Part shown: positions 45,852 to 55,882 of the stretch, piece by piece | Position numbering within the stretch: position 1 is the first letter of the stretch | Layout: each line of letters starts with the position of its first letter | Assembly: GCA_964487045.1 (NCBI GenBank) | Contig: CAZAOT010000002.1 | Coordinates: forward strand, 53,305 to 117,304 | Direction: 5' to 3' | Source of the DNA: an uncultured Candidatus Saccharibacteria bacterium | GTDB taxonomy: Bacteria > Patescibacteriota > UBA1384 > DTJR01 | Length of the DNA stretch: 64,000 nt | Notes under the pieces: model-generated | The model's input: only the letters and a program-made list of their open reading frames with translations | The model's database searches: none | What the model was told of the DNA's origin: nothing | Made by a program: the position numbers and the translations under genes

Positions 45852-46994
45852 ATGTTTCAATATAAAATTTTTCATAAATCGAATATTTCTAAAGCTCGTA
45901 CAGGTGCATTTAGCACACCCCATGGATCTATCTCTACTCCTGTTTTTATGCCTGTTGGAACGGTTGGAGCAGTAAAGACTATGCTTCCTAGTGAATTAGA
46001 GAATCAAGGTAGCCAGATTATCCTTGGCAATACTTATCACTTATATCTTAGACCAGGAGATAAGCTAATTAAAAAGCTTGGTGGCTTGCAAAAATTTACC
46101 TCTTGGAACAAACCAATGCTAACTGACTCTGGTGGATTCCAGGTTTTTTCTCTATCGGGCGCCAAAGATAGGGGAGAATCACAAAAACAAAAACCACGAA
46201 AGCTCACCGAGAAAGGTGTAACATTTTATTCCCACATTGATGGCTCAAAACATTTTATCTCTCCTGAAAAATCAATTGAGATTCAGGAAAATCTTGGCGC
46301 AGATATTATCATGGCATTCGATCATGTTCTACCTGCTGATGCGACTAAAAATGATGTAAAAGAAGCAATGGAAAGAACACATAGATGGCTTGATAGATGC
46401 ATCAAGGCTAAAAGAAGATCCGATCAGGCGCTATTTCCTATATGCCAGGGAGGACAATTTAAAGATTTACGTGAAATTTCGGCTCAAATAATTAGCAACC
46501 TGGATATGCCAGGAAATGCAATTGGCGGAGTCTCAGTGGGAGAGAAAAAAGAAAAAATTTACGAAGTAACTTCCTGGTGCTCCGAAATCCTACCAGAGAA
46601 TAAACCGAGGTATCTTATGGGCATCGGATACCCGGAAGACATTTGCAAGGTAATTAAGTTAGGGATTGATATGTTCGACTGTGTCCTGCCAACTAGATTA
46701 GCCCGCCACGGGGTTGTTTGGATCAAAAGTAGCAAACAAAACGCGATCAAGCTCGAAGGACTTGATTATGGCTACGAGCAGATCGATTTGTCAAAAGCAA
46801 AAAATATAAGCGAAAAACCTATAGAGGCGAACTGCAAGTGCCCATCATGCCAAGGATTTTCGAGAATTTACATCAATCATTTACTTAAAGAAGGGGAGCC
46901 GCTAGGAATTCACCTGACAACCCTTCATAACTTGCACTTCACTCACCAGTTAGTCAAAGATATTACCAAGGCCATCGAAGAAAATAAGTTCTAA
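45852..46994 (+). CDS. tgt: Queuine tRNA-ribosyltransferase (tRNA-guanine transglycosylase)
   Basis: FSTPHGSISTPVFMPVGTVGAVK, LTDSGGFQVFSL, zinc site CxC..C (CKCPSCQGFSRIYINHL). Confidence 0.85.
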   Translation: MFQYKIFHKSNISKARTGAFSTPHGSISTPVFMPVGTVGAVKTMLPSELENQGSQIILGNTYHLYLRPGDKLIKKLGGLQKFTSWNKPMLTDSGGFQVFSLSGAKDRGESQKQKPRKLTEKGVTFYSHIDGSKHFISPEKSIEIQENLGADIIMAFDHVLPADATKNDVKEAMERTHRWLDRCIKAKRRSDQALFPICQGGQFKDLREISAQIISNLDMPGNAIGGVSVGEKKEKIYEVTSWCSEILPENKPRYLMGIGYPEDICKVIKLGIDMFDCVLPTRLARHGVVWIKSSKQNAIKLEGLDYGYEQIDLSKAKNISEKPIEANCKCPSCQGFSRIYINHLLKEGEPLGIHLTTLHNLHFTHQLVKDITKAIEENKF

Positions 46995-47057
46995 ACTAAG
47001 GCTGTATTAGCGTAGCGGTATTTTTGGTATAATTACTTCAAGTGAATAAGAGGGGTA

Positions 47058-49517
47058 ATGAATTCTGATTTTTTCTACACCTACCAGGTTTATTTTTGGG
47101 TTGGAATAGTACTACTCGTTGGTATAGTTATTTATTTTTTGTATAAGCTGTTTCTAAAAAGTGAACTTTCAAAAAGAGCAAATGATCTTGTAATGATCGA
47201 GGTTAGGCTGCCAAAAAAATACGAGATCGAGTCTTACGAACATCAGAAAAATATATCCGAGATAGAGGCGATTGCCGATCAGTTCTTCTCGTCCTTGGCG
47301 TCACTATACGAAACAAAGATATCGGGCCTATTGTCCCAACCTGTAATTTCGTTTGAGTATGTTGCTAGAGATAAAGAAATTATCTTTTTTATCGGTGTTC
47401 CAAGGACTCTGCAGAGCTTGATGGAAAAACAGATTCAGAGCTTCTATCCTGAGGCTAATATCGAGCCAAATGGTGATTTTAGAATTTTCGAGGAAGGACT
47501 CGATGTCGCTTACGGAATTATCAAAACCTCTAGAAGTTACATTTATCCTATAAAAACATATGCGGAGCTAGAATACGACACTATTCAGAACATCACCAAC
47601 TCACTTTCTAAAATTGGCGAAGATGCTAGAGCTTCAATCCAAATCCTAGTTCGACCGACAAACCAAGGTTGGAGGACGCATATCGAATGGGCGATTAGAA
47701 AAATTCAGGAGGGCAGGGGAGTTCCGCTTGGAATTTCTTGGTATAATAAAATTTCTTATTTTATAGGCCAGTTCTTCCAAAGTTCAACCACCACTGATCA
47801 GGATCTTGCTAAGAGAAATACTCCGCTTCAAGAAGAAACGATAAAATTACTAACAAAGAAAAGCGCTAAGACCGGCTTTGACGTGCAGGTTAGAATCGTC
47901 GCGCTTGCCAAAACAAAACAAGAAGCAGAGGTGATCCTTCGAAATATTTATTCAGGCTTTACTCAATTTAACTCTCCAGATAGAAATACTTTGAAGATGT
48001 TTAGAAATTATGACAAAAAAGCATTCTTAACACATTTTATACTCAGATCCTTTATTCCATTTGATAAAATCATCCTTAACTCCGAAGAGCTAGCAACACT
48101 TTATCACTTCCCATCTGAGCACATAGACACGCCAGGAATTAGGTGGTTTATGGCCAAACGTTCTTCGGCACCAGCAACTTTGCCGAAAGAGGGGATTGTC
48201 CTTGGAAAAAATGTCTATCGAGGTGACGAAAATCTAATTAGATTGAAAGAAAACGATAGACGAAGACATCTTTATGCGATTGGAATGACCGGCACCGGTA
48301 AGTCTACATTTTTTGAAAGTTTGATACTTCAGGACATAAAAAACGGCAAGGGCGTCGCAGTATTTGATCCTCATGGAGAACTAGTTGAAAAAATTCTAAG
48401 CAAGATTCCCAAAGAAAGAGCTGAAGACGTTATTTATTTCGATCCCTCTGATGCCACAAGACCAATGGGAGTGAACCTCTTAGAGTGGAAGACTAAAGAC
48501 CAGAAGGACTTTTTGGTTCAGGAAGCTATTCAAATATTCTATAAACTCTTTGATCCAAACGGCCAAGGATTTGTCGGCCCTCAGTTTGAACACTGGATGA
48601 GAAATGCAGCACTGACCGTTATGGAATATCCTGATGGGGGAACGCTACTCGAAATACCTAAATTATTTTCTGATGATAGCTTTCGCGAGCAAAGAGTGGC
48701 ATATCTTAAAGATGATGTAGTAAAATCATTCTGGACGCAGCAAATGGCTAAAACTGCTGATTTTCACAAATCTGAGATGTTTAATTACTTCATCTCTAAA
48801 TTTGGTAGATTCATGACAAATATCACAATGCGTAATATCATTGGCCAGCCAAAATCTGCATTTGACTTCCGTGAGGTGATGGATAGCAAGAAGATTCTAC
48901 TTATCAAACTCGCTAAGGGAGAAATTGGGGAAATCAATTCAAATCTACTAGGAATGATTTTTGTCGCTAGACTGTTTACTGCTGCGCTCTCAAGGACCGA
49001 CATAGACGAAGCTGACAGACAAGACTTCTATCTATACGTTGATGAATTTCAAAACTTTGCAACTGATACATTTGCTTCGATTCTTTCAGAAGCGAGAAAA
49101 TTCAGACTTAATCTCAATATCACCAACCAATACATTGCTCAGATTCCAGAAAACATTCGCGATGCAATAATCGGTAACGTAGGCACTTTGGTCGCGTTTA
49201 GGATCGGTGTGCCCGATGCTGAATTTATGGAGAAAGAATTTGAACCTGTCGCCAACAAAACAGATTTAAACAACATCGATGCGTTTAATGCCTATATTAA
49301 ACTCTTAGTAGATAATGCTCCGACAAGACCTTTTTCAATGCAGACAATAAAAGATCCAACCGAGGAGAACACAAAACTCGGCTCGGCTATCAGAGAGCTT
49401 TCTCGGTTGAAGTACGGACGGGATGTAAGTATAGTAGAGTTAGAAATTCAAGACAGAATCAAGACTTATGAAGCACCTAGCCAAACTCAAGACATTACTA
49501 GAGAGACAGGGAGATAA
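47058..49517 (+). CDS. Membrane-anchored P-loop ATPase of the FtsK/HerA/VirD4 (T4CP-like) superfamily, paralog 1
   Basis: N-terminal TM helix; Walker A RRRHLYAIGMTGTGKST; DPHGEL motif; Walker B FYLYVDEFQNFAT; NITNQYIAQ. About 400-aa N-terminal domain paralogous to the next gene. Confidence 0.6.
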   Translation: MNSDFFYTYQVYFWVGIVLLVGIVIYFLYKLFLKSELSKRANDLVMIEVRLPKKYEIESYEHQKNISEIEAIADQFFSSLASLYETKISGLLSQPVISFEYVARDKEIIFFIGVPRTLQSLMEKQIQSFYPEANIEPNGDFRIFEEGLDVAYGIIKTSRSYIYPIKTYAELEYDTIQNITNSLSKIGEDARASIQILVRPTNQGWRTHIEWAIRKIQEGRGVPLGISWYNKISYFIGQFFQSSTTTDQDLAKRNTPLQEETIKLLTKKSAKTGFDVQVRIVALAKTKQEAEVILRNIYSGFTQFNSPDRNTLKMFRNYDKKAFLTHFILRSFIPFDKIILNSEELATLYHFPSEHIDTPGIRWFMAKRSSAPATLPKEGIVLGKNVYRGDENLIRLKENDRRRHLYAIGMTGTGKSTFFESLILQDIKNGKGVAVFDPHGELVEKILSKIPKERAEDVIYFDPSDATRPMGVNLLEWKTKDQKDFLVQEAIQIFYKLFDPNGQGFVGPQFEHWMRNAALTVMEYPDGGTLLEIPKLFSDDSFREQRVAYLKDDVVKSFWTQQMAKTADFHKSEMFNYFISKFGRFMTNITMRNIIGQPKSAFDFREVMDSKKILLIKLAKGEIGEINSNLLGMIFVARLFTAALSRTDIDEADRQDFYLYVDEFQNFATDTFASILSEARKFRLNLNITNQYIAQIPENIRDAIIGNVGTLVAFRIGVPDAEFMEKEFEPVANKTDLNNIDAFNAYIKLLVDNAPTRPFSMQTIKDPTEENTKLGSAIRELSRLKYGRDVSIVELEIQDRIKTYEAPSQTQDITRETGR

Positions 49518-49518
49518 A

Positions 49519-52083
49519 ATGCCGGAAAATACTTATAACTTCAATGATGACAGAGTCTTGTGTAGACTGCTGATTCCGAAGAATAATGAAAAAACACCTG
49601 CTGCCGCGGAGTTGTTTTTCGCTGCACTTCATGGCGTATATACCGCTTCTAGCCGAATCCAACCGATAATGAGCTTTGAAATGGTCTCGATCAATAAATA
49701 TATCCAGTTTTACTTCGAGGTACCAAAATATTTAAAAGAATTTGTTGAGGGGCAATTATATGCTCAATACCCAAATGTCGAGATATCTGTAGCGGAAGAT
49801 TATGTCAAACATGCCCCAGATAAATTCTCGGTAGGAGCAGAATTATTAACTACTAAAGAAGATGTTTTTCCAATTAAAACCTTCCAAAGTTTCGAGGCAG
49901 ATCCGCTATCAGGAATCACCAGTATCCTCAGCCAGTTAGCTACAAACGAAGAATTATGGGTGCAAATCTGTATCGCTCCTGTTAAGGATACCTGGCAGAA
50001 AAAATCAGTTTCTCATGTAAACGCACTTAAGGCCGGAAGGAATCCGGGAGAATCATTATTTAAAAGTATTGTTCGTGGTGCCTGGGGAGTAGCTCCAACA
50101 ATCGCCGGAGAGAAACCCGCTTCAAGCTCTGTAGACATATCAGGACCGATGGCAGCGGCTATCAAAGGAATTGAAGAAAAGTGTACGAAACTTGGTTTCG
50201 AGACAAAAATAAGGGTAGTCTCAACCTCAACCGACCAGACAATTTCTAGCCAAAGACTTGCCGGAGTCGTGGGAGCTTTCAAGCAGTTCAACTCCACAAA
50301 CATGAACGGATTTATGCAGGGACCAGCCTTAACTGGCCAAACAATTATCGAAGCATACAAAAAGAGAGCAATCGGATTCAAGCCTTATATTCTAAACACT
50401 GAAGAGCTTGCATCAATTTTTCACTTGCCGGGCGAATCGGTCGTAACTCCATCGATGAATTACGCCGGAAGTAAGAAAGGGGAGCCGCCACTCAACTTGC
50501 CCATAATTGGCGAGGATGCTGAGGATGACTCAGAAATGTCTGTACTTGGAAAAACGAACTTCCGAGGAACAGAGAAGAAATTTGGTATAAAAATCAAAGA
50601 TAGGGCTCTTCACATGTACGCGATTGGAAAAACCGGTACAGGTAAATCCACACTCCTTAAAAATATGATCATCGACGATATTCACAAGGGAAGGGGAGTT
50701 GCAGTAGTTGATCCTCACGGAGACCTTGTAGCCGATGTCATGGATCATATTCCAGAGTCGAGAATTAACGACGTTATCTTCTTTTCTCCTGCCGATAGAG
50801 ATTTTCCAGTAGGCTTTAACTTATTTGAAAAAGTTGACCCCGAATATAAAAACATAGTTGCTTCTGGTATTGTCGGAGTTTTCAAAAAAATATTCGGAGA
50901 ATCATGGGGACCAAGACTCGAATATATCTTGAGAAATGTTGTGCTTGGACTTTTAGATTATCCAGAGGCAACTTTGCTACAAGTTCTCAAAGTTTTAACT
51001 GATACAAAGTTTCGCCGACAGGTAGTTGAGCAGATTTCAGACCCAATCATTAAAGATTTTTTCGTAAACGAATTTGAGCGCTATGATCAGAAGTTCAGAA
51101 CAGAAGCGGTCGCGCCAATTCAAAACAAAGTAGGACAATTCTTAAGTTCATCCACAATTCGCAACATTGTCGGCCAGAGCTCAAACTCGATTGACATGAG
51201 AAAAGCGATGGATGAAAGTAAAATTGTTTTGGTAGACCTGTCGATAGGAAGAATTGGCGAAGACAATAGCGCACTACTCGGATCATTGATTATTACTAAA
51301 ATTCAGATGGCTGCGATGAGTCGAGCTGAAATGAAAAGAGAAGAGCGAACCCCTTTCTACCTATACGTAGACGAGTTTCAGAACTTTGCAACTGATTCTT
51401 TTGCAGTAATCCTTTCAGAGGCCAGAAAATATGGATTGTCACTTATGGTAACGAACCAGTATATCGCTCAGATGCCTGAGACAGTCGCAAACGCGGTTTT
51501 CGGAAACGTAGGCTCGATTATCACTTTCAGAGTAGGAGCAGGGGATGCTGAGTTTTTGAATCGCGAATTTGTACCCGTCTTTGAACCATCAGACCTCGTG
51601 AATATCGATAACTACGCCATTTATCTAAAAATGGCAATTAATGGTGTGACTAGCCAACCTTTCTCAGCAAAGACAGTTTTGTCGAACTATGAGCCGACGG
51701 GCTTCAAGGCACAAATTATCGAACAATCAAGAATAAAGTATTCGAGACCAAGAGAAGAGGTTGAGAAGGTAATTGCAGAAACAACATTAGGTTCATCAAG
51801 CAATCCGAACAACCTAAGTCCAAATGAGCTTATAGGCAAGGATAAAGCAGAAAATACCCCGGAAAATATAGCTTCCCCGGCCGTCGAAGTAGGGGAGGGG
51901 GAGTCGAATTTTGAGGAAAATAAGGAAGAAATTAAACCAGATTTACCGGAAGAACTAGCTAACGCCAAGAAGGGGGAAGATTATGACACAAATAATTGGT
52001 ATTTTTTGACCCGCACTAATTTTCGTAAACTTACCGGTAGGGAAGAACCGGAAGATGAAGTAAAAGAAGCTTCTGAAGAATAA
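49519..52083 (+). CDS. P-loop ATPase of the FtsK/HerA/VirD4 (T4CP-like) superfamily, paralog 2, acidic C-terminal tail
   Basis: GGGAGA RBS before the ATG at 49519. Walker A HMYAIGKTGTGKST; DPHGDL; FYLYVDEFQNFAT; MVTNQYIAQ. C-terminal E/P-rich ~110 aa. Confidence 0.6.
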   Translation: MPENTYNFNDDRVLCRLLIPKNNEKTPAAAELFFAALHGVYTASSRIQPIMSFEMVSINKYIQFYFEVPKYLKEFVEGQLYAQYPNVEISVAEDYVKHAPDKFSVGAELLTTKEDVFPIKTFQSFEADPLSGITSILSQLATNEELWVQICIAPVKDTWQKKSVSHVNALKAGRNPGESLFKSIVRGAWGVAPTIAGEKPASSSVDISGPMAAAIKGIEEKCTKLGFETKIRVVSTSTDQTISSQRLAGVVGAFKQFNSTNMNGFMQGPALTGQTIIEAYKKRAIGFKPYILNTEELASIFHLPGESVVTPSMNYAGSKKGEPPLNLPIIGEDAEDDSEMSVLGKTNFRGTEKKFGIKIKDRALHMYAIGKTGTGKSTLLKNMIIDDIHKGRGVAVVDPHGDLVADVMDHIPESRINDVIFFSPADRDFPVGFNLFEKVDPEYKNIVASGIVGVFKKIFGESWGPRLEYILRNVVLGLLDYPEATLLQVLKVLTDTKFRRQVVEQISDPIIKDFFVNEFERYDQKFRTEAVAPIQNKVGQFLSSSTIRNIVGQSSNSIDMRKAMDESKIVLVDLSIGRIGEDNSALLGSLIITKIQMAAMSRAEMKREERTPFYLYVDEFQNFATDSFAVILSEARKYGLSLMVTNQYIAQMPETVANAVFGNVGSIITFRVGAGDAEFLNREFVPVFEPSDLVNIDNYAIYLKMAINGVTSQPFSAKTVLSNYEPTGFKAQIIEQSRIKYSRPREEVEKVIAETTLGSSSNPNNLSPNELIGKDKAENTPENIASPAVEVGEGESNFEENKEEIKPDLPEELANAKKGEDYDTNNWYFLTRTNFRKLTGREEPEDEVKEASEE

Positions 52084-52810
52084 ATTGTACGACATCATTT
52101 AATCTCTAAATTATTGTTCTATTAGTTCGAATAGCACTGACTTAGATCTAAGCATATACGTATAAATCGTTTAATAAGCGCGAATTATTATTGTATTATT
52201 AGCCATATTTTGACCTATAAAAGCTACAGACTCAGAGCCAGTGATCAAGAGATAGCAATAGGCGAAATAAGAGGGAAATTAAAGGCTTAATTAAATACAT
52301 TAAATACTATTAAATACTTATGATTATTTGCATGTTGTATGTCTACAAATTATAGCTAGACCAAACTGGATTTTAATCATGTCGCATAATATATCTTTCA
52401 CGACATCAACGAGCTAGAAAAATATTTGCTCAGATTTATATAATGGAGTATTTAATTAATTATTTGGATATCAATTTCAGCGGTGAAATATCTAGTTTTA
52501 TAAACAATAATTATTGCTTTATTCTCCAGCAATCATATGAACGTATATCTACTTAAAATCATACCTAATTATGCTAAATAATAGCTCATTTATACCTGTT
52601 AGAGGCCCTGTAATCGCCGTAGAGAGGTTTTAATTTGTAAGACGACTAAATACTCATCTAATACAATAAAATAACAAGTAAAATCACGTTAGTGAGTCAA
52701 CTTTATTATAATTTTATTTAATTATAATAATTTACATAATTTAAGAGCATAACTAGCTAAAAGCTAATTAAAATAATTAATAAATAAAAAATTAGAACCG
52801 ATCCCCCAGC
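52084..52810. other. 727-bp AT-rich ORF-free region between convergent genes, with three tandem 10-bp TTAAATAC-type repeats (52291-52320)
   Basis: No ORF of at least 60 aa on either strand; about 78% A+T; tandem TTAAATACAT/TAAATACTAT/TAAATACTTA at helical periodicity; several small hairpins. Confidence 0.5.
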
Positions 52811-53710
52811 CTATTTCTTAGTTACTATCGCTTTTTTTTCATACCACCAAGCTAGTACTGGTGAAGCTACAAATATTGAACTATATGTACCAACTCCAAT
52901 TCCTACGATCATCATAAGTACAAATGGTTTTATCGTCCCGCCACCAAGCAGGAACATAGCTATCAAGACCAATATAACGGTTAATGATGTGTTGAGTGAT
53001 CTTGCGATTGTTTGATTGACTGAGACGTTCGCATTCTCAGAAATTGATAGTTGTGGGTGTTTGATCATGTTCTCTCTAATTCGGTCGAATACGACGATTG
53101 TATCGTGTACTGAGAACCCAAGGATGGTTAGAGCAGCTACAACTATCGTCCCCTCAATTTCATAACCGGCAAATTTTCCCACAACCGTGAAAACTGCGAA
53201 TGAAAATGCAAGATCATGAATAAGTGCAACGATTGCAATCGTACCAAAAGACCAGGAAGAAACTTGTCGCGGAACTGATCTAAATGCGTACGCTAAATAC
53301 CCTATTATTAGCACTGATGCGATGATAATTCCGATGATAGCCTTGCGAGTCAGGTTTTGTCCAACAGAAGCACCAACTGATTCATGTCGCAAAATATCAG
53401 AGTCGGGCAGGGCATTTTTGATCTTTGATTCAAAATCTTTATAGTCACTCTCTGTTTGTATCTTGGCTCTAAGGACAAATTGATTCTTTCCTGACTCCTG
53501 TATCACTACCTCATGCCCCTTGTATGCATCAGCTAGCTTAGTTCTCATTTCTTCAATCTTTATTTCATTATTACTTTTAAGCTCAACAAGCGTGCCCCCT
53601 GTAAAATCGATTCCGAAAGTTGGCTTCCAGGCGAAAATCACAACTAGTCCCACAACCAACATAAATAGCGAGATATAGATCCAAACCATTTTGTATTTTA
53701 TAATATTCAT
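52811..53710 (-). CDS. secF: Protein-export membrane protein SecF
   Basis: 6-TM topology with FGIDFTGGTLVEL periplasmic-loop signature; overlaps secD by 4 nt. Confidence 0.85.
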   Translation of the reverse strand: MNIIKYKMVWIYISLFMLVVGLVVIFAWKPTFGIDFTGGTLVELKSNNEIKIEEMRTKLADAYKGHEVVIQESGKNQFVLRAKIQTESDYKDFESKIKNALPDSDILRHESVGASVGQNLTRKAIIGIIIASVLIIGYLAYAFRSVPRQVSSWSFGTIAIVALIHDLAFSFAVFTVVGKFAGYEIEGTIVVAALTILGFSVHDTIVVFDRIRENMIKHPQLSISENANVSVNQTIARSLNTSLTVILVLIAMFLLGGGTIKPFVLMMIVGIGVGTYSSIFVASPVLAWWYEKKAIVTKK

Positions 53711-54948
53711 TCTTTATTCTTAATGAAAAATCTTAATATTGTTCTGGTTACGAATATTGCAGTAAATAGTGAAACGAAAATTCCAATTGCTAAAGTCAAT
53801 GCGAAACCTTTAACCAGTCCAGTAGACATATAGAATAGAATTCCTGAAGTAATCAGTGAGGCAATGTTTGAGTCTCTGATGCTTGGCCAAGACCTGGAAA
53901 ATCCATTTTCAAGCGCTTGAACAGCTGACTGATTTTTGGCTCTTTCTTCCTTAAATCTTTCGAATACTAAAATATTTGCATCCACTGCCGCGCCGACAGA
54001 AAATATAAATCCAGCTAGTCCTGCAAGCGTCATTGTAACAGGGATAAGTTTAAATAATGAAGTTACGATCAGTGTATAAATCAAAAGTGCGACTACGGCT
54101 ACAACTCCCAAGGAGCGATAATAAATAATCATGAAAAGCGCAACTAGAACTAGTCCAATCAATCCAGCGATTAGGCTTTTTTCAATTGCGTCGCGACCAA
54201 GGGTTGCTCCTACCTGACTCTCCTGAACTAATTTAATCGGGGCTGGCAATGCACCTTCGTTAATCAACTTTGCAGTTTCCTTTGCTTCTTTGAGAGATGC
54301 TAGCCCTTCAATCTGAGCCTTACCACCCTCTATTTGCTCATTAACCCTAGCGCTATTAATTACCTGTTCGTCGAGTTTAGTAATTATAACTTTTCCAACA
54401 TTTCTCTTGGTGATTTCAGAAAATTTCTTTGCACCTTCAGAGCTAAACTCGAGTGAAATAATTGGTGATACAGCCGAGAAGCCTCCTTGGCTCGAATCAG
54501 ATCCGGCTGTCGCTCTGGTCACGTCAGAACCAGTCAAGTCAGTAGGTACATCCTGCTGACCACTTGCATCAAGTTCATAAAACCTCAGCTGAGCAGTCTT
54601 ACCAATAATTGATTTTGCCTGCTCAATATCTTTGATTCCGGGCATTTCAACTAAGACACCATATTGATCATTAATTTTTGTGCCTTGTATTTGAGGCTCG
54701 CTTACTCCAAGATTATCAACTCTTCTTCTGACCAAATCGATTGTTTCATTCTGGACAGTCTGAGGCTCACGATCTTTGATGCTAGACATATCTATCTGAT
54801 ACAGAAGAGAAACTCCTCCTTGTAAATCCAAACCTAAATGCATTTTAGTATCTTTTGATCCTAAATTAGGTCCCTTTGGATATACTATAAGTCCCGCTAG
54901 AACTGTTATAACGATCACAACAATAAAGTTTATAAGATTTTTTCTCAT
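53707..54948 (-). CDS. secD: Protein-export membrane protein SecD
   Basis: LGLDLQGGVSLLYQ signature and a C-terminal 6-TM bundle; 413 aa (short periplasmic domain). Confidence 0.85.
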   Translation of the reverse strand: MRKNLINFIVVIVITVLAGLIVYPKGPNLGSKDTKMHLGLDLQGGVSLLYQIDMSSIKDREPQTVQNETIDLVRRRVDNLGVSEPQIQGTKINDQYGVLVEMPGIKDIEQAKSIIGKTAQLRFYELDASGQQDVPTDLTGSDVTRATAGSDSSQGGFSAVSPIISLEFSSEGAKKFSEITKRNVGKVIITKLDEQVINSARVNEQIEGGKAQIEGLASLKEAKETAKLINEGALPAPIKLVQESQVGATLGRDAIEKSLIAGLIGLVLVALFMIIYYRSLGVVAVVALLIYTLIVTSLFKLIPVTMTLAGLAGFIFSVGAAVDANILVFERFKEERAKNQSAVQALENGFSRSWPSIRDSNIASLITSGILFYMSTGLVKGFALTLAIGIFVSLFTAIFVTRTILRFFIKNKE

Positions 54949-54970
54949 CTATGACAAAGTAGCTTATTAA

Positions 54971-55882
54971 TTATTTTTTTTCAAGATATAGATTCACAGA
55001 CATCGCTGCCTTTGCTCCATCGCCACTTGCAATGATAACTTGCTTATGAACTATATCAGTAATGTCACCACAAGCGTATAGACCATCAGTTTTAGTCGAG
55101 TTGTCCTTGCCCACTATAATTTCCTTTTGCGAATTTAAGTCTACTACGTCGGTAAAAATATCAGAATTAGGCTCATAGCCTATTTCAACAAATACCATTT
55201 GAGCATCAATTTTTTGCTCGCTCCCCTCTTTATCAACATAGACTACACCACTTACTAACCCGGTTGGATGCTCTAATCCTGTAGTTTTTGCGTTGTTTAT
55301 TATAGTAATATTTTCAGACGAAATAATCGCGTCTATTCTTATTTGCTCTGCCATTAGGTTTTCCCCAAGGTTTAGAATAGTTACTTGCTCGGCAATTTTA
55401 GCCAAAATTAACGCAGAGCTGGCTGCAGAATTTCCGCCGCCAATCACTACCGCTCTTTTACCTTTTGCGAAGGGTCCATCGCATGTCGCACAATAACTGA
55501 GCCCTTTACCAACCAATGCCTCTTCACCCTCTATTCCAAGATGCCTGTGATGCTTACCCGAGGCAATTAGGACTGTTTTTGACTCATATATTTCACCCGC
55601 TTCGTCCTCTACTTTGAAATTATCGGCCTTTGCAACCTTCTTTACTTTAACTGGGTATTTTATCTCTACAGATTTGTATTTTTTAACTTGCTCAACCATC
55701 TTCGAGATTAATTCACTTCCGTTTATCTCATCTACTGCAGGATAATTTTCAATAACTCCAGCATTAAAGGCTTGTCCTCCAAGATCAGTGGTTAAAATAA
55801 GAACTTCCTTTTCATAGCGAGCTAGATAAAGGGCCGCTGCAAGCCCAGCTGGCCCAGCGCCGATGATAATGCAATCTTTCAT
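54971..55882 (-). CDS. trxB: Thioredoxin reductase
   Basis: FAD motif IIGAGPAGLAAALY; redox-active CATCDG; NADPH motif VIGGGNSA. Confidence 0.85.
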   Translation of the reverse strand: MKDCIIIGAGPAGLAAALYLARYEKEVLILTTDLGGQAFNAGVIENYPAVDEINGSELISKMVEQVKKYKSVEIKYPVKVKKVAKADNFKVEDEAGEIYESKTVLIASGKHHRHLGIEGEEALVGKGLSYCATCDGPFAKGKRAVVIGGGNSAASSALILAKIAEQVTILNLGENLMAEQIRIDAIISSENITIINNAKTTGLEHPTGLVSGVVYVDKEGSEQKIDAQMVFVEIGYEPNSDIFTDVVDLNSQKEIIVGKDNSTKTDGLYACGDITDIVHKQVIIASGDGAKAAMSVNLYLEKK

